Source: Bacillota bacterium (GTDB lineage: Bacteria > Bacillota > Clostridia > Lachnospirales > Lachnospiraceae). From it: a stretch of 64,000 bases of DNA. The notes beneath the pieces were generated by a model, which was given only the letters and a program-made list of their open reading frames with translations, was not told the origin of the DNA and searched no databases. The position numbers and the translations under genes are program-made. This document shows, piece after piece, positions 50,407-60,303 of this stretch (within the stretch, counting starts at the first letter, position 1; the number at the start of each line of letters is the position of its first letter). The stretch spans positions 147,630 to 211,629 of the forward strand of contig JAEZZO010000072.1 in NCBI GenBank assembly GCA_023418475.1, given 5' to 3'.

Positions 50407-51855
50407 ATGTTAAGAAAAGCATGGGAATATATCCAACTGAATAATATGATAGAAAAGGGAGATAGGATTGTAGTAGGAGTGTCGGGCGGTGCGGATTCTG
50501 TCTGCCTTTTATATGTACTTAGAGAGGTTTGCACGGTGCTTTCGGTTTCCCTTGCGGTAGTGCATGTTAACCATGGAATTCGTGGAGAGGAAGCTGACCG
50601 GGATGAACGGTATGTAAAAGGGATCTGCAGCAACATGGGGATAGACTTCTATACTTATTCCTATGATGTAAGAAAGTATGCCCGTGAGCTTGGAATATCA
50701 GAGGAAGAAGCAGGCAGAAAATTACGATATGAAGCTTTTCTAAAAACCTGTAAAGCAACAGGCAGTAATAAAATAGCAGTGGCTCATAATAAAAATGATA
50801 ATGCGGAGACAGTGCTGTTCCATCTGTTCCGTGGAACCGGAGTGAGAGGACTTTCCGGAATTGAAGCAAAGCGGCCTCTTTTGGCGGATTTTGGTGAGGT
50901 TACATTAATCAGACCTTTGTTAGGCATGGAGCGGAGGGAGATAGAGGAGTATCTTTCCCTTCAGAAAATCAGTTATCAGACGGATTCAACTAATCTAGGG
51001 GACGATTACAGTAGAAATAAAATCCGAAATAAAGTACTAACCTATGCGGTAAAGGAAATTAATGCCGGAGCAGTCGGTAATATATGCGAAACGGCTTGCC
51101 AGTTAAAGGAAATACAGGAGTATATAACATATCAGGTGGAAATGCGTTATCAGGCACTGGTTAAACAGGAGAATAAAACGTTAAAGGTATCTGTGGAAGA
51201 ATTGCGTCTCGAACCGGTTGTACTTGAGAGGGGGATTGTTTATCACATGCTGGAACAGCTTTCTGGTAACCGCAAGGATCTGGAAGCAAAACATGTAGAA
51301 GCAGTCCTGTCATTGCTTCACCGCCAGGTTGGAAGACAGGTATCTTTGCCATATCGTCTGATTGCGGAGAGAGAATATACGGTTATTAGTATCTATCGGG
51401 CCTCGAGCAATGTGGAAGAACAAACCTCACAAATGCAGCCTGCCGCAGTGGAAGCAGCTATTCCAGGTACTACAATCATACCTTGGAAGGATAAAATTAT
51501 AAAAACAGAATTAATTGATTATAAAAAAAGTGAACCTATTCCGAAAAGTAGTTGTGCGAAATGGTTTGATTATGATAAAATAGAGAATGCTGTTGAAATA
51601 AGAACCCGTAAAGAAGGGGATTATATTCAGATTAATAAGTTTGGCGGCAATAAAAAACTCAAAGACTATTTTATTGATAAGAAGGTTCCGCAGAAGCTTC
51701 GAGACAGTCAGCTTCTTGTTACAGATGGAAGCCATGTTATGTGGATAGTGGATTCTTCTGATCGCATCAGCGAAAAGTATAAAGTAGATGAAAATACAAA
51801 AAAGGTACTTTTGATGAAAATGTTTGATTTGGAGGAAAAGGAAGATGGCAGATAA
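50407..51855 (+). CDS. tilS: tRNA(Ile)-lysidine synthetase
   Basis: SGGADS PP-loop, HVNHGIRG, AHNKNDNAET and RPLL. Confidence 0.96.
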   Translation: MLRKAWEYIQLNNMIEKGDRIVVGVSGGADSVCLLYVLREVCTVLSVSLAVVHVNHGIRGEEADRDERYVKGICSNMGIDFYTYSYDVRKYARELGISEEEAGRKLRYEAFLKTCKATGSNKIAVAHNKNDNAETVLFHLFRGTGVRGLSGIEAKRPLLADFGEVTLIRPLLGMERREIEEYLSLQKISYQTDSTNLGDDYSRNKIRNKVLTYAVKEINAGAVGNICETACQLKEIQEYITYQVEMRYQALVKQENKTLKVSVEELRLEPVVLERGIVYHMLEQLSGNRKDLEAKHVEAVLSLLHRQVGRQVSLPYRLIAEREYTVISIYRASSNVEEQTSQMQPAAVEAAIPGTTIIPWKDKIIKTELIDYKKSEPIPKSSCAKWFDYDKIENAVEIRTRKEGDYIQINKFGGNKKLKDYFIDKKVPQKLRDSQLLVTDGSHVMWIVDSSDRISEKYKVDENTKKVLLMKMFDLEEKEDGR

Positions 51856-52366
51856 AATTAGAGTCATGATTTCAGAGGAACAGGTTAATTTAAGAATTAA
51901 GGAAATGGCAGAACAGATCAGCGAGGATTTTGCGGGAAAAAGTGTTCATCTTATTTGTATTTTAAAAGGCAGTGTTTTTTTTACCTGTGAATTAGCAAAA
52001 AGAATTACAATACCCGTTACGATAGATTTTATGTCCGTATCTAGCTACGGCAGTGAGACGGTAAGCTCCGGCAGGGTCAGAATTTTAAAAGATCTGGATG
52101 AATCAATCCAGGGAAAGAATGTATTTATTATTGAAGACATTATAGATTCCGGAAGAACACTGGCATATTTAAAGGATCTGCTTTCTACCAGATCGCCGGA
52201 AAGTCTCACAATCTGTACTCTTTTAGATAAACCAGATCGCAGGGAAAAAGAAGTTGATGTTCAATATGTCGGATTTGTAATCCCTGATGAATTTGTAATA
52301 GGCTATGGTTTGGATTATGATCAGTATTACAGAAATTATCCGTTTGTCGGTGTTGTTGAAAAATAA
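51845..52366 (+). CDS. hpt: Hypoxanthine phosphoribosyltransferase
   Basis: ILKGS, VSSYG, IEDIIDSGRTL and FVIGYGLDY. Confidence 0.96.
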   Translation: MADKIRVMISEEQVNLRIKEMAEQISEDFAGKSVHLICILKGSVFFTCELAKRITIPVTIDFMSVSSYGSETVSSGRVRILKDLDESIQGKNVFIIEDIIDSGRTLAYLKDLLSTRSPESLTICTLLDKPDRREKEVDVQYVGFVIPDEFVIGYGLDYDQYYRNYPFVGVVEK

Positions 52367-52472
52367 AAAGAAAGATAAATATTTTTCTATTTCTACACAA
52401 CAGGCTGTGCCGATACCCCGAAGAAAGGGTTCGGCAGAATGGAATTATTATAAGAATTAAGGAGGTTGTTCA

Positions 52473-54323
52473 GTGAGAAAACAGATGAAAGGATATGGCT
52501 GGTATATCATCATTCTGCTGATTGCGGTTGTTGCAGTATACTTATCCAACAGTATTAATTTTAAGGATTCGGTTACCTATAATTACGCTCAGTTTATGAA
52601 GGATGTGAATGATAAAAAGATCAGCGAGGTAAATCTTTATCCGAATGAAGAAGTTCCTACGGGTGAAGTAACGGTAACCACTACGGATAATAAGGAAAAA
52701 AGCTTCAATGTAACAGATGTGAAGGAGATTGAGAAGATTGCCAGAGATGCAGGGATAGAGAAGACCTATAACCATGATATCAATAAGCCAAGCTTGTTTT
52801 TAACATCTGTACTTCCTTATATTTTAGTAATCATCATAGTAATCATATTATTTTCTTTTCTGTCAAATCAGGCTTCTGTGGGCGGAGGTAATAATAAGGT
52901 AATGAATTTTGGCAAGAGCCGTGCAAAGATGACGACGGATGAGAATAAGAATACAACATTTAAAAATGTAGCCGGACTGGATGAAGAAAAGGATGAGCTT
53001 AAGGAGATTGTTGATTTCTTGAAATCACCGAAAAAATATATTCAGGTTGGTGCAAGAATACCAAAGGGAGTACTGCTCGTAGGCCCTCCGGGAACCGGTA
53101 AAACCTTACTTGCAAAGGCTGTGGCAGGAGAGGCAGGAGTTCCGTTTTTCTCTATTTCAGGTTCTGATTTTGTGGAAATGTTTGTCGGTGTCGGAGCTTC
53201 CAGAGTAAGAGATTTATTTGAAGAAGCAAAGAAGAATTCTCCTTGTATTGTTTTTATTGATGAGATCGATGCAGTTGCTAGACGTAGAGGAACCGGGATG
53301 GGCGGCGGACACGATGAAAGAGAGCAGACCTTAAACCAGTTATTGGTGGAGATGGATGGCTTTGGAGTAAATGAAGGAATTATTGTAATGGCTGCGACCA
53401 ATCGTGTGGATATACTTGATCCTGCAATTTTAAGACCAGGTCGTTTTGACCGAAAGGTTACGGTAGGACGTCCGGATGTTAAAGGAAGAGAAGAAATACT
53501 TCAGGTACATGCGAAGAACAAACCCCTAGGGGATGATGTTGATTTGAAGCAGGTTGCGCAGACAACTGCCGGTTTTACAGGTGCGGATCTGGAAAACCTG
53601 CTGAATGAAGCTGCAATCGGAGCTGCCAGGGATAACAGAAGCTTTATAAACAGTGAGGATGTTAAGAAATCCTTTATTAAGGTTGGGATTGGCAAGGAAA
53701 AGAAGAGTAAGGTCATTACAGAGAAAGAAAAGCGTATTACAGCATACCACGAGACCGGCCATGCAATTCTATTTCATAAGCTTCCCGATGTCGGGCCGGT
53801 CTATACGATATCCATTATACCGACAGGTAATGGAGCCGCCGGCTTTACCATGCCCCTCCCGGAAAAGGATGAAATGTTTAACACGAAGGGTAGAATGAAA
53901 CAGGAAATCATTGTAGATCTTGCCGGAAGAGCCGCAGAGGAGCTTGTTTTTGATGATATCACGACAGGAGCTTCACAGGATATCAAGGTGGCGACCAAGA
54001 CAGCCAGAGATATGGTAACCCGTTATGGTTTCTCCGATGTAATCGGTATGGTGAACTATAATAATGACGATGATGAAGTGTTTATCGGCAGAGATTTAGC
54101 GCATACCAGAAGCTATAGTGAGAATGTTGCTAACCGGATTGATGATGAAGTAAGAGCAATTATAGATGACTGTTATAAGGAAGCAAAACGAATTCTTGTT
54201 GAAAATAAGGATATTATGGATGCTTGTGCCAAGCTTTTGATGGAGAAAGAGAGAATTACCAGAGAAGAATTTGAAGCATTATTTAAGACAGAAACAGATA
54301 ATACAGCATTTAGTGCATTCTAG
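52473..54323 (+). CDS. ftsH: ATP-dependent zinc metalloprotease FtsH
   Basis: Two TM helices, [20 protein letters not shown] and HETGH. Confidence 0.98.
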   Translation: MRKQMKGYGWYIIILLIAVVAVYLSNSINFKDSVTYNYAQFMKDVNDKKISEVNLYPNEEVPTGEVTVTTTDNKEKSFNVTDVKEIEKIARDAGIEKTYNHDINKPSLFLTSVLPYILVIIIVIILFSFLSNQASVGGGNNKVMNFGKSRAKMTTDENKNTTFKNVAGLDEEKDELKEIVDFLKSPKKYIQVGARIPKGVLLVGPPGTGKTLLAKAVAGEAGVPFFSISGSDFVEMFVGVGASRVRDLFEEAKKNSPCIVFIDEIDAVARRRGTGMGGGHDEREQTLNQLLVEMDGFGVNEGIIVMAATNRVDILDPAILRPGRFDRKVTVGRPDVKGREEILQVHAKNKPLGDDVDLKQVAQTTAGFTGADLENLLNEAAIGAARDNRSFINSEDVKKSFIKVGIGKEKKSKVITEKEKRITAYHETGHAILFHKLPDVGPVYTISIIPTGNGAAGFTMPLPEKDEMFNTKGRMKQEIIVDLAGRAAEELVFDDITTGASQDIKVATKTARDMVTRYGFSDVIGMVNYNNDDDEVFIGRDLAHTRSYSENVANRIDDEVRAIIDDCYKEAKRILVENKDIMDACAKLLMEKERITREEFEALFKTETDNTAFSAF

Positions 54324-54444
54324 GCATAAAAATAAGAGTTAGCAGCGAAGAAACGGCAAAGGATTGTGCAATGTGACGGAAAACGAATAAAAAAATTGTG
54401 ATGTTTGTGCACACTTATCGCGAATAGCGTGATATACTATGTTT

Positions 54445-54539
54445 GTAAACCCCAATACATTATATAGTTTTTGCTACACCCCCATAAGTAACAAAAATAC
54501 CTTCTCCGAAAAAGGACAGTCCCATAACTGTCCTTTTTT
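54445..54539 (+). ncRNA. Candidate small RNA with C-rich motifs
   Basis: Extended -10 TGnTATACT (54430-54438); about 95 nt with ACCCC, ACCCCC and CCTTCTCC; strong terminator AAAAAGGACAGT-CCCATA-ACTGTCCTTTTT. Confidence 0.5.
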
Positions 54540-54886
54540 ACGTGCAAAAAATACGAGTGATCAGTGGAAGGATTTTCTTATGACTGTTTGCTTTCACGGA
54601 TTTTGGGATACCAAAAATATAAATATATGGCAGCGTAGTGATGTTGATTCCAATGCAGACAGACAGATATATTCCTATCAAGAAGTGCGTATACTTAACA
54701 TAGACAAAACTTGTATATTGTAGCATTTGTATAGGCAATTGTGAAACAAAAGAATTATAAGAATTGTATAATCGGAAAGTATATGTTTCGAAGCAGAAGA
54801 ATATATACTTTTTATTTATACAATAGGAACAGCTATAGTTTTGCAATTACCTAGGTAGTATTTGTATTCTGAAAGGAATTAAGCGA

Positions 54887-55315
54887 ATGATGATTGTTTC
54901 AAATAATTTTATGAAATATACCTTTCTCTTTCTTGCCGGTGGGTTTGCTTATGGAGGAGTGGAAAATCTGTTTCGCGGTTACTCCCATATCTCTATGTGC
55001 ATAGCAGGAGGAATATGCTTTATACTGATTGGTCTTCAAAATGAGATCTTTTCCTGGGAGATGTCTTTAATCAGCCAAATGGTAATTTCTTCTATAATTA
55101 TTACTTTTGTTGAATTGATCACAGGCATTATCGTGAATATTTGGCTGAAATTAAATGTCTGGGACTATTCTACACTTCCCTATAATTTTCTGGGACAAAT
55201 ATGCCTTCTATATACAAATATCTGGTTTCTGTTATCTTTCTTTGGGATTTTAATGGACGACTATCTTCGGTACTTTATGCTGAAGGAAGAAAAACCGCAT
55301 TATAAAGTTCTCTAA
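54887..55315 (+). CDS. Small membrane protein (putative ABC permease / TMEM229-like)
   Basis: ELITG...VWDYS..PYNFLGQIC pattern; four TM helices. Confidence 0.75.
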   Translation: MMIVSNNFMKYTFLFLAGGFAYGGVENLFRGYSHISMCIAGGICFILIGLQNEIFSWEMSLISQMVISSIIITFVELITGIIVNIWLKLNVWDYSTLPYNFLGQICLLYTNIWFLLSFFGILMDDYLRYFMLKEEKPHYKVL

Positions 55316-55316
55316 T

Positions 55317-55368
55317 AAAAATGTTCGTATCACTGCCTATGTATGATAAGCGGTGATACGAACATTTT
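55317..55368. terminator. Bidirectional terminator
   Basis: AAAATGTTCGTATCACTGC...GCGGTGATACGAACATTTT. Confidence 0.8.
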
Positions 55369-55374
55369 AAGTTA

Positions 55375-56262
55375 CTAAGGCAGCAGTATACAATATTTAT
55401 CCAACAAAGAAACAGGGTGATAGGAGAGCTTTGATGTCCGAAGCCCTTCATCTCCTACATCTTCTTCACGATTGATATATTTAATTCCATACTGCAGCAT
55501 ATCACTTGAGAATTCTTTGACAATCATCTGATAGGAACCTTCGTAATCACGAACGGCTTTTTCGATATGGCAATAAAGTGTATCGTTTACAATTTCACCA
55601 ATGGACATGGCGACAATCGTACCGTCAACCTCTATGAAACCACCCGGCAGATGAAACTGCTCCAGATAAGGCAATAATTCCAGTGATCTTGTTAATTCTT
55701 CTTTGGCCAGAGCTGCGTTCTTACTATGGTTTTGTTCATAATCCTTGAGAAAATCAGCAATCCTATGAAGATTATCGGAGGTAATTCGCTGATACCTGTA
55801 AGTTGGATATAATTTCTTGAATTTATTAATATGATTTCTTTGGCCGCTGAACTTTCTTCCGGTCATTCCTGCCAGATCTTCAGCAAGGTATAGATAATCC
55901 GCCCAATCACGGCTAGGTTTGCAGGGAAGGGTGCCATGATACTGATTTGTAAGTATAGGAAGAACCTCTTCCGGTACCGTACAAAACCAGAGAGGAATTT
56001 CATTTTCATCACAATACCTTTTGATGGCGTCCATTGCTTTTTCAAAAGATCCGCTCCCGACCGGATAAGTAAAAGAAATTCGGTCTAAGAACTTTACTTT
56101 ATATAAAATCATATCATCATATATAGTAAAGCTTGTATTGTAAAAATCCCGCCACATATACATAGCACCAACGGTATAATCACTTGTTCGGCTTATTTTA
56201 TATGGAAAATATTCTGCGGCTTTCATGATGTTTTCAGCAGTTATAGCATCAAATTTAAGCAT
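55375..56262 (-). CDS. DUF2156 / aminoacyl-phosphatidylglycerol synthase C-terminal-like protein
   Basis: DYLY, RNHINKF, HIEKA and INREEDVGDEGLRTSKLSYHP. ORF track starts at 56274. Confidence 0.85.
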   Translation of the reverse strand: MLKFDAITAENIMKAAEYFPYKISRTSDYTVGAMYMWRDFYNTSFTIYDDMILYKVKFLDRISFTYPVGSGSFEKAMDAIKRYCDENEIPLWFCTVPEEVLPILTNQYHGTLPCKPSRDWADYLYLAEDLAGMTGRKFSGQRNHINKFKKLYPTYRYQRITSDNLHRIADFLKDYEQNHSKNAALAKEELTRSLELLPYLEQFHLPGGFIEVDGTIVAMSIGEIVNDTLYCHIEKAVRDYEGSYQMIVKEFSSDMLQYGIKYINREEDVGDEGLRTSKLSYHPVSLLDKYCILLP

Positions 56263-56694
56263 ATTTTTCTCCATTCCTGCGCGCGTATTTTGCGCATAAT
56301 AGAAATTTAAACCAGTCTACTGACAAAATAATGTCAATTGAAACTAATTATGTTAGAAGTGAACAAATTTCACTATATCACAGGAAGTACAAGATGTCCA
56401 GTCAATAAGAAAAGAGGATATTGATAGTATTATCTTCTCTGTTATACTCCTTTATCCACGAAATAATCGAAAATTCATGGCATGGCAACTGTTCTTCGTT
56501 ATGGTTTCGATCAAATAGATCTTCTAATTATTAGTATATTAAATTTTTCTAAACTGGGTAGATAATATATGAAAAACTATGATAGAATAATATCTGGATG
56601 TAAGCTCATATGCAAATACTAAGATGCACAAAATACAATGAGTAACACTATGCTGACACCAAATAATTAAGTTGGTGGCAGAATGGAGATGATT

Positions 56695-58464
56695 ATGAAG
56701 ATATTATTAGTTGCGGTCAATGCCAAATACATTCATTCGAATCTAGCAGTTTTTAGCCTGAGAGCATTTGCTAAGCGATACAGGGAGCAGATTAAAATTG
56801 TAGAGCTAACAATAAATCATTCGGAGGAATATATCTTAAAAGAAATATATAAAGAGAAAGCAGATATTATAGCTTTTTCCTGCTATATCTGGAATATTGA
56901 TTTCGTTAGGAGAATAACACAGGAACTTAGAAAGGTTAAGAGAAATGCAATCATATGGTATGGAGGACCGGAAGTATCTTATGATGCGGTAGAATGTCTG
57001 ACTGAAAATAAGGATCTGGATGGGATTATGATCGGAGAGGGTGAACAGACCTTTACGGAGCTGGCTGGTTATTATATAGATAATAATACCTCTTTGGAAG
57101 CCATCCATGGTATTGCTTATAAAGAGAGTGCCAGGTATAGGCAGGAGAGTGATGCTTTTGTTAATAGTTCGAAGACCGGGCCGGAGAATGCTATAAAGAT
57201 TACTCCGGCAAGAGAGACTTTAGAACTGGATGCAATACCTTTCCCCTACGAGGATATGGAGTATTTTAAAAACAGAATCATATATTATGAAAGCAGCAGG
57301 GGCTGTCCATTTTCCTGCAGCTACTGCCTGTCTTCCATTGATCGGAAGGTTCGGTTAAGAAGCTGTGAGCTGGTGAAAAGAGAGCTGAAGCTATTTCTGG
57401 AATATAAGGTACCACAGGTGAAATTCGTTGACAGAACCTTTAACTGTAACAAAAAACATGCAATGGATATCTGGCATTTCATCAAGGAAAATGATAATGG
57501 TGTTACGAATTTCCATTTTGAAATATCCGCTGATTTACTATCAGAAGAAGAAATTGCCTTTCTGTCAGAATTAAGACCCGGGTTAATACAGCTGGAAATC
57601 GGCGTACAGAGTACTAATTCGAATACAGTGAATGCGATACATCGAAGAATGGATTTTGAGAGACTAAAAACAAATGTCGGACGGATAAAAGAAGCCGGAA
57701 ATATACACCAGCATCTGGACTTGATAGCGGGACTTCCACTGGAAGGATATCTCTCCTTTGAAAAATCCTTTCAGGATGTCTATCTTCTGAAACCGGACCA
57801 GCTTCAGCTTGGCTTTCTGAAAGTACTGAAGGGTTCTTTGATGGAATCAGAGAGCAGCAGGTATGGGATTAATTACAAAAGTTCACCGCCCTATGAAGTA
57901 CTGTATACGGATCAGATGAGCTATGACGATATTCTCAAAATTAAGGGTATATGCGAAATGGTTGAGGTTTACTATAACAGCGCCCAGTTCTCCTATTCAA
58001 TCAGTTTTCTGGAGCATTTTTACTCCTCACCGATGAAAATGTACGAGTCTATCAGTGATTTCTACGAAAAGACGGAGATAATGACAATAGCTCATAGCAG
58101 AGTGAAAAGATATGAGTTATTATTGGATTATTTTCGGGATACAATTGCGCAGGGAGAAATAGCAGCTGAAAAAGAGGTGCTGGTATCTCTCTTTGAGGAA
58201 CTGCTGGTACTTGATTTGTATCTGCGGGAAGCGATGAAGTCAAGACCGGGCTTTGCACATGATAATCAAATGCAGGGAAATATTCGTGAATTGTATAGCA
58301 GGTATCAGAAGGACCGTAAGACAATTCATATAGAACATTTTACGTATGATGTATTTGCCGCGGCGCAAACCGGAGAAGCCATAAAATGCGACAGGATGGT
58401 ATTATTTGATTATAATGACCGGGACCCCCTGGATAAGTCGGCAAAGCTTATTCTATTGGACTGA
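56695..58464 (+). CDS. B12-binding radical SAM protein (DUF4080-type)
   Basis: FSCYIWN, GGPEVS and GEGE B12-binding domain; CPFSCSYC; HLDLIAGLP. Confidence 0.9.
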   Translation: MKILLVAVNAKYIHSNLAVFSLRAFAKRYREQIKIVELTINHSEEYILKEIYKEKADIIAFSCYIWNIDFVRRITQELRKVKRNAIIWYGGPEVSYDAVECLTENKDLDGIMIGEGEQTFTELAGYYIDNNTSLEAIHGIAYKESARYRQESDAFVNSSKTGPENAIKITPARETLELDAIPFPYEDMEYFKNRIIYYESSRGCPFSCSYCLSSIDRKVRLRSCELVKRELKLFLEYKVPQVKFVDRTFNCNKKHAMDIWHFIKENDNGVTNFHFEISADLLSEEEIAFLSELRPGLIQLEIGVQSTNSNTVNAIHRRMDFERLKTNVGRIKEAGNIHQHLDLIAGLPLEGYLSFEKSFQDVYLLKPDQLQLGFLKVLKGSLMESESSRYGINYKSSPPYEVLYTDQMSYDDILKIKGICEMVEVYYNSAQFSYSISFLEHFYSSPMKMYESISDFYEKTEIMTIAHSRVKRYELLLDYFRDTIAQGEIAAEKEVLVSLFEELLVLDLYLREAMKSRPGFAHDNQMQGNIRELYSRYQKDRKTIHIEHFTYDVFAAAQTGEAIKCDRMVLFDYNDRDPLDKSAKLILLD

Positions 58465-58528
58465 TGATAACGTTACTGTAAGCAAGTTAGAAACTACCTA
58501 GGGTAAATGGAAGGAAGGAGGTTTTGCC

Positions 58529-59194
58529 TTGTCAGAAAAGAGAATTACCAAGAAGGAACGGGAGCGGATGGAACGCATAATTGCTGCTCTTAACCGCGAG
58601 TATGGAGAAGAATATCGTTGCTTTTTACATTATGATACGCCCTGGCAGCTTTTGATAGCGACTATATTGAGTGCTCAGTGTACGGATGAGCGGGTGAATA
58701 TAGTAACGAAGGATTTGTTCTGTAAATATACAAGTCTGGAGGATTTTGCTAACGCAGACCAGAACGAGCTGGAACAGGACATCCATTCCACCGGTTTTTA
58801 CAGAAATAAAGCGAAGAACATCATATCCTGTGCGAAGCAGCTTGTTGAGAACCATCATTCCGAAGTACCAAACGATCTTGCACTTCTGACTAATCTTGCG
58901 GGAGTGGGAAGAAAAACAGCGAATGTGATCCGAGGAAACATTTACAAAGAACCAAGTATTGTTGTAGATACCCATGTGAAACGAATTTCGAAGCGGCTGG
59001 GCTTCACGAAGGAAGATGACCCGGTCAAAATAGAATTTGATTTAATGAAGTTGCTTCCAAAGGAACAATGGATATTATATAATATCCAGATTATTACCCT
59101 GGGAAGAAGTATTTGTATAGCGAGAAACCCTAAATGCAGGGAGTGTTTTTTGAGGGAAGACTGTATTTCGAAAGAAAATACGCTTGTGAAATAA
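58529..59194 (+). CDS. nth: Endonuclease III
   Basis: LSAQCTD, HhH GVGRKTA, VDTH and CxxxxxxCxxCxxxxxC; TTG start with RBS AAGGAGG. Confidence 0.95.
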   Translation: MSEKRITKKERERMERIIAALNREYGEEYRCFLHYDTPWQLLIATILSAQCTDERVNIVTKDLFCKYTSLEDFANADQNELEQDIHSTGFYRNKAKNIISCAKQLVENHHSEVPNDLALLTNLAGVGRKTANVIRGNIYKEPSIVVDTHVKRISKRLGFTKEDDPVKIEFDLMKLLPKEQWILYNIQIITLGRSICIARNPKCRECFLREDCISKENTLVK

Positions 59195-59293
59195 AATTAC
59201 CCTTGATTGAATTACAAAAATAGCATAAAATGATCATTGCATGCGTAGTAGATTAAACATGCATAGGTTTAAAGCATTTGGGGATAATTAAAA

Positions 59294-59905
59294 TTAGGAA
59301 GCTTTGATTGCTTCAATTTCTTTCAATAATTTCTCCTTTTCCTGTATCCTGGATTTGGTAATGAGATTGATTAGGAGATTGATTTTATCAGTCTGGTGTT
59401 CCTGCTGATAAACTTTTGCTAAAAGCTTATAGGATGTCGGTACATCGGTGCGGCAGGCTATGGCATATTCTAGTACAATACGGCAATCCACGGTGCTGCC
59501 CTGCTTATACAATCGGTCAGCCCATTTTTGAAGTATACTGACAAGAGTGAGGTAATTGTTCTCATATTCCGTCAGTTTACTGATATTGGCTGTTCCATAC
59601 TGCAATTTGAGATCTGTATTCGTAGAACCACTGAGATTAATTGCTTTCTTATCCTTAAGTTTTACGATGGTATTGCGATAGGCATTAATAGTGTCGTCCG
59701 GATTATCTGTAAGGGGTAGCTGATCAGTGGATATCGTTATATAGTCCAGATTTGAGATATCAAGACGACGAACTTCATTAGAAGCCAGTTCTCGTTTCCA
59801 GAATTTATCGGTATCGGCTTTTGAATGGCCTGTGTTTTTATGTATCTCGTAATTTAACCAAAGGATAAAAATGATAATGATAGTTATCAAAGCAGGACTT
59901 TGCAT
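59294..59905 (-). CDS. Hypothetical membrane-anchored protein with TPR-like C-terminus
   Basis: RBS AAAGGA; N-terminal TM; helical C-terminus. Confidence 0.65.
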   Translation of the reverse strand: MQSPALITIIIIFILWLNYEIHKNTGHSKADTDKFWKRELASNEVRRLDISNLDYITISTDQLPLTDNPDDTINAYRNTIVKLKDKKAINLSGSTNTDLKLQYGTANISKLTEYENNYLTLVSILQKWADRLYKQGSTVDCRIVLEYAIACRTDVPTSYKLLAKVYQQEHQTDKINLLINLITKSRIQEKEKLLKEIEAIKAS

Positions 59906-59950
59906 ATGTTTTAGTTCCTTTCAAAAATTAAAGTAAAAGAGGTGAGCAAA

Positions 59951-60058
59951 TTGAATTTTAATAACAAAAAGACGCAGAGAATAATCTCCACCATAATTAT
60001 AGTCATTCTTATTTTGTCATTAATCGTACCATCTGTTCTTAGCGTATTAAGGTATTAA
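59951..60058 (+). CDS. Small 35-aa single-TM protein (below ORF-track cutoff)
   Basis: RBS AAGAGGTG, 6 nt, TTG; translates to MNFNNKKTQRIISTIIIVILILSLIVPSVLSVLRY. Confidence 0.7.
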   Translation: MNFNNKKTQRIISTIIIVILILSLIVPSVLSVLRY

Positions 60059-60303
60059 TTTGATAATTTTAATATACATAATCAATGCACAGATGTCAAT
60101 GAACGAAAGAATATCTTGAATAATCTTAGGTTTGTGTTAAAATAGGAAGAAGTTACATAAAATACTCCAGACGAAGAAGAATAATAAGACTGTTTATCGT
60201 TATAGTGAGAAGGAGCGGATGAATATCTTCGCTTAACAAGAACCCTGGCAGTGGGTTTTTATTTGATTAAATGCCGTATCCGGCGGCGGAATGAGAGGTA
60301 AAT

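Noticed and set aside
54439..54846. 94-aa (+) and 102-aa (-) ORFs in the track
   Set aside because: No RBS, atypical composition; the + ORF runs through a strong terminator.
56400..56540. Minus-strand small RNA in the DUF2156/radical SAM intergenic region
   Set aside because: Only a lone TATACT and a weak hairpin, with no -35 or other support.
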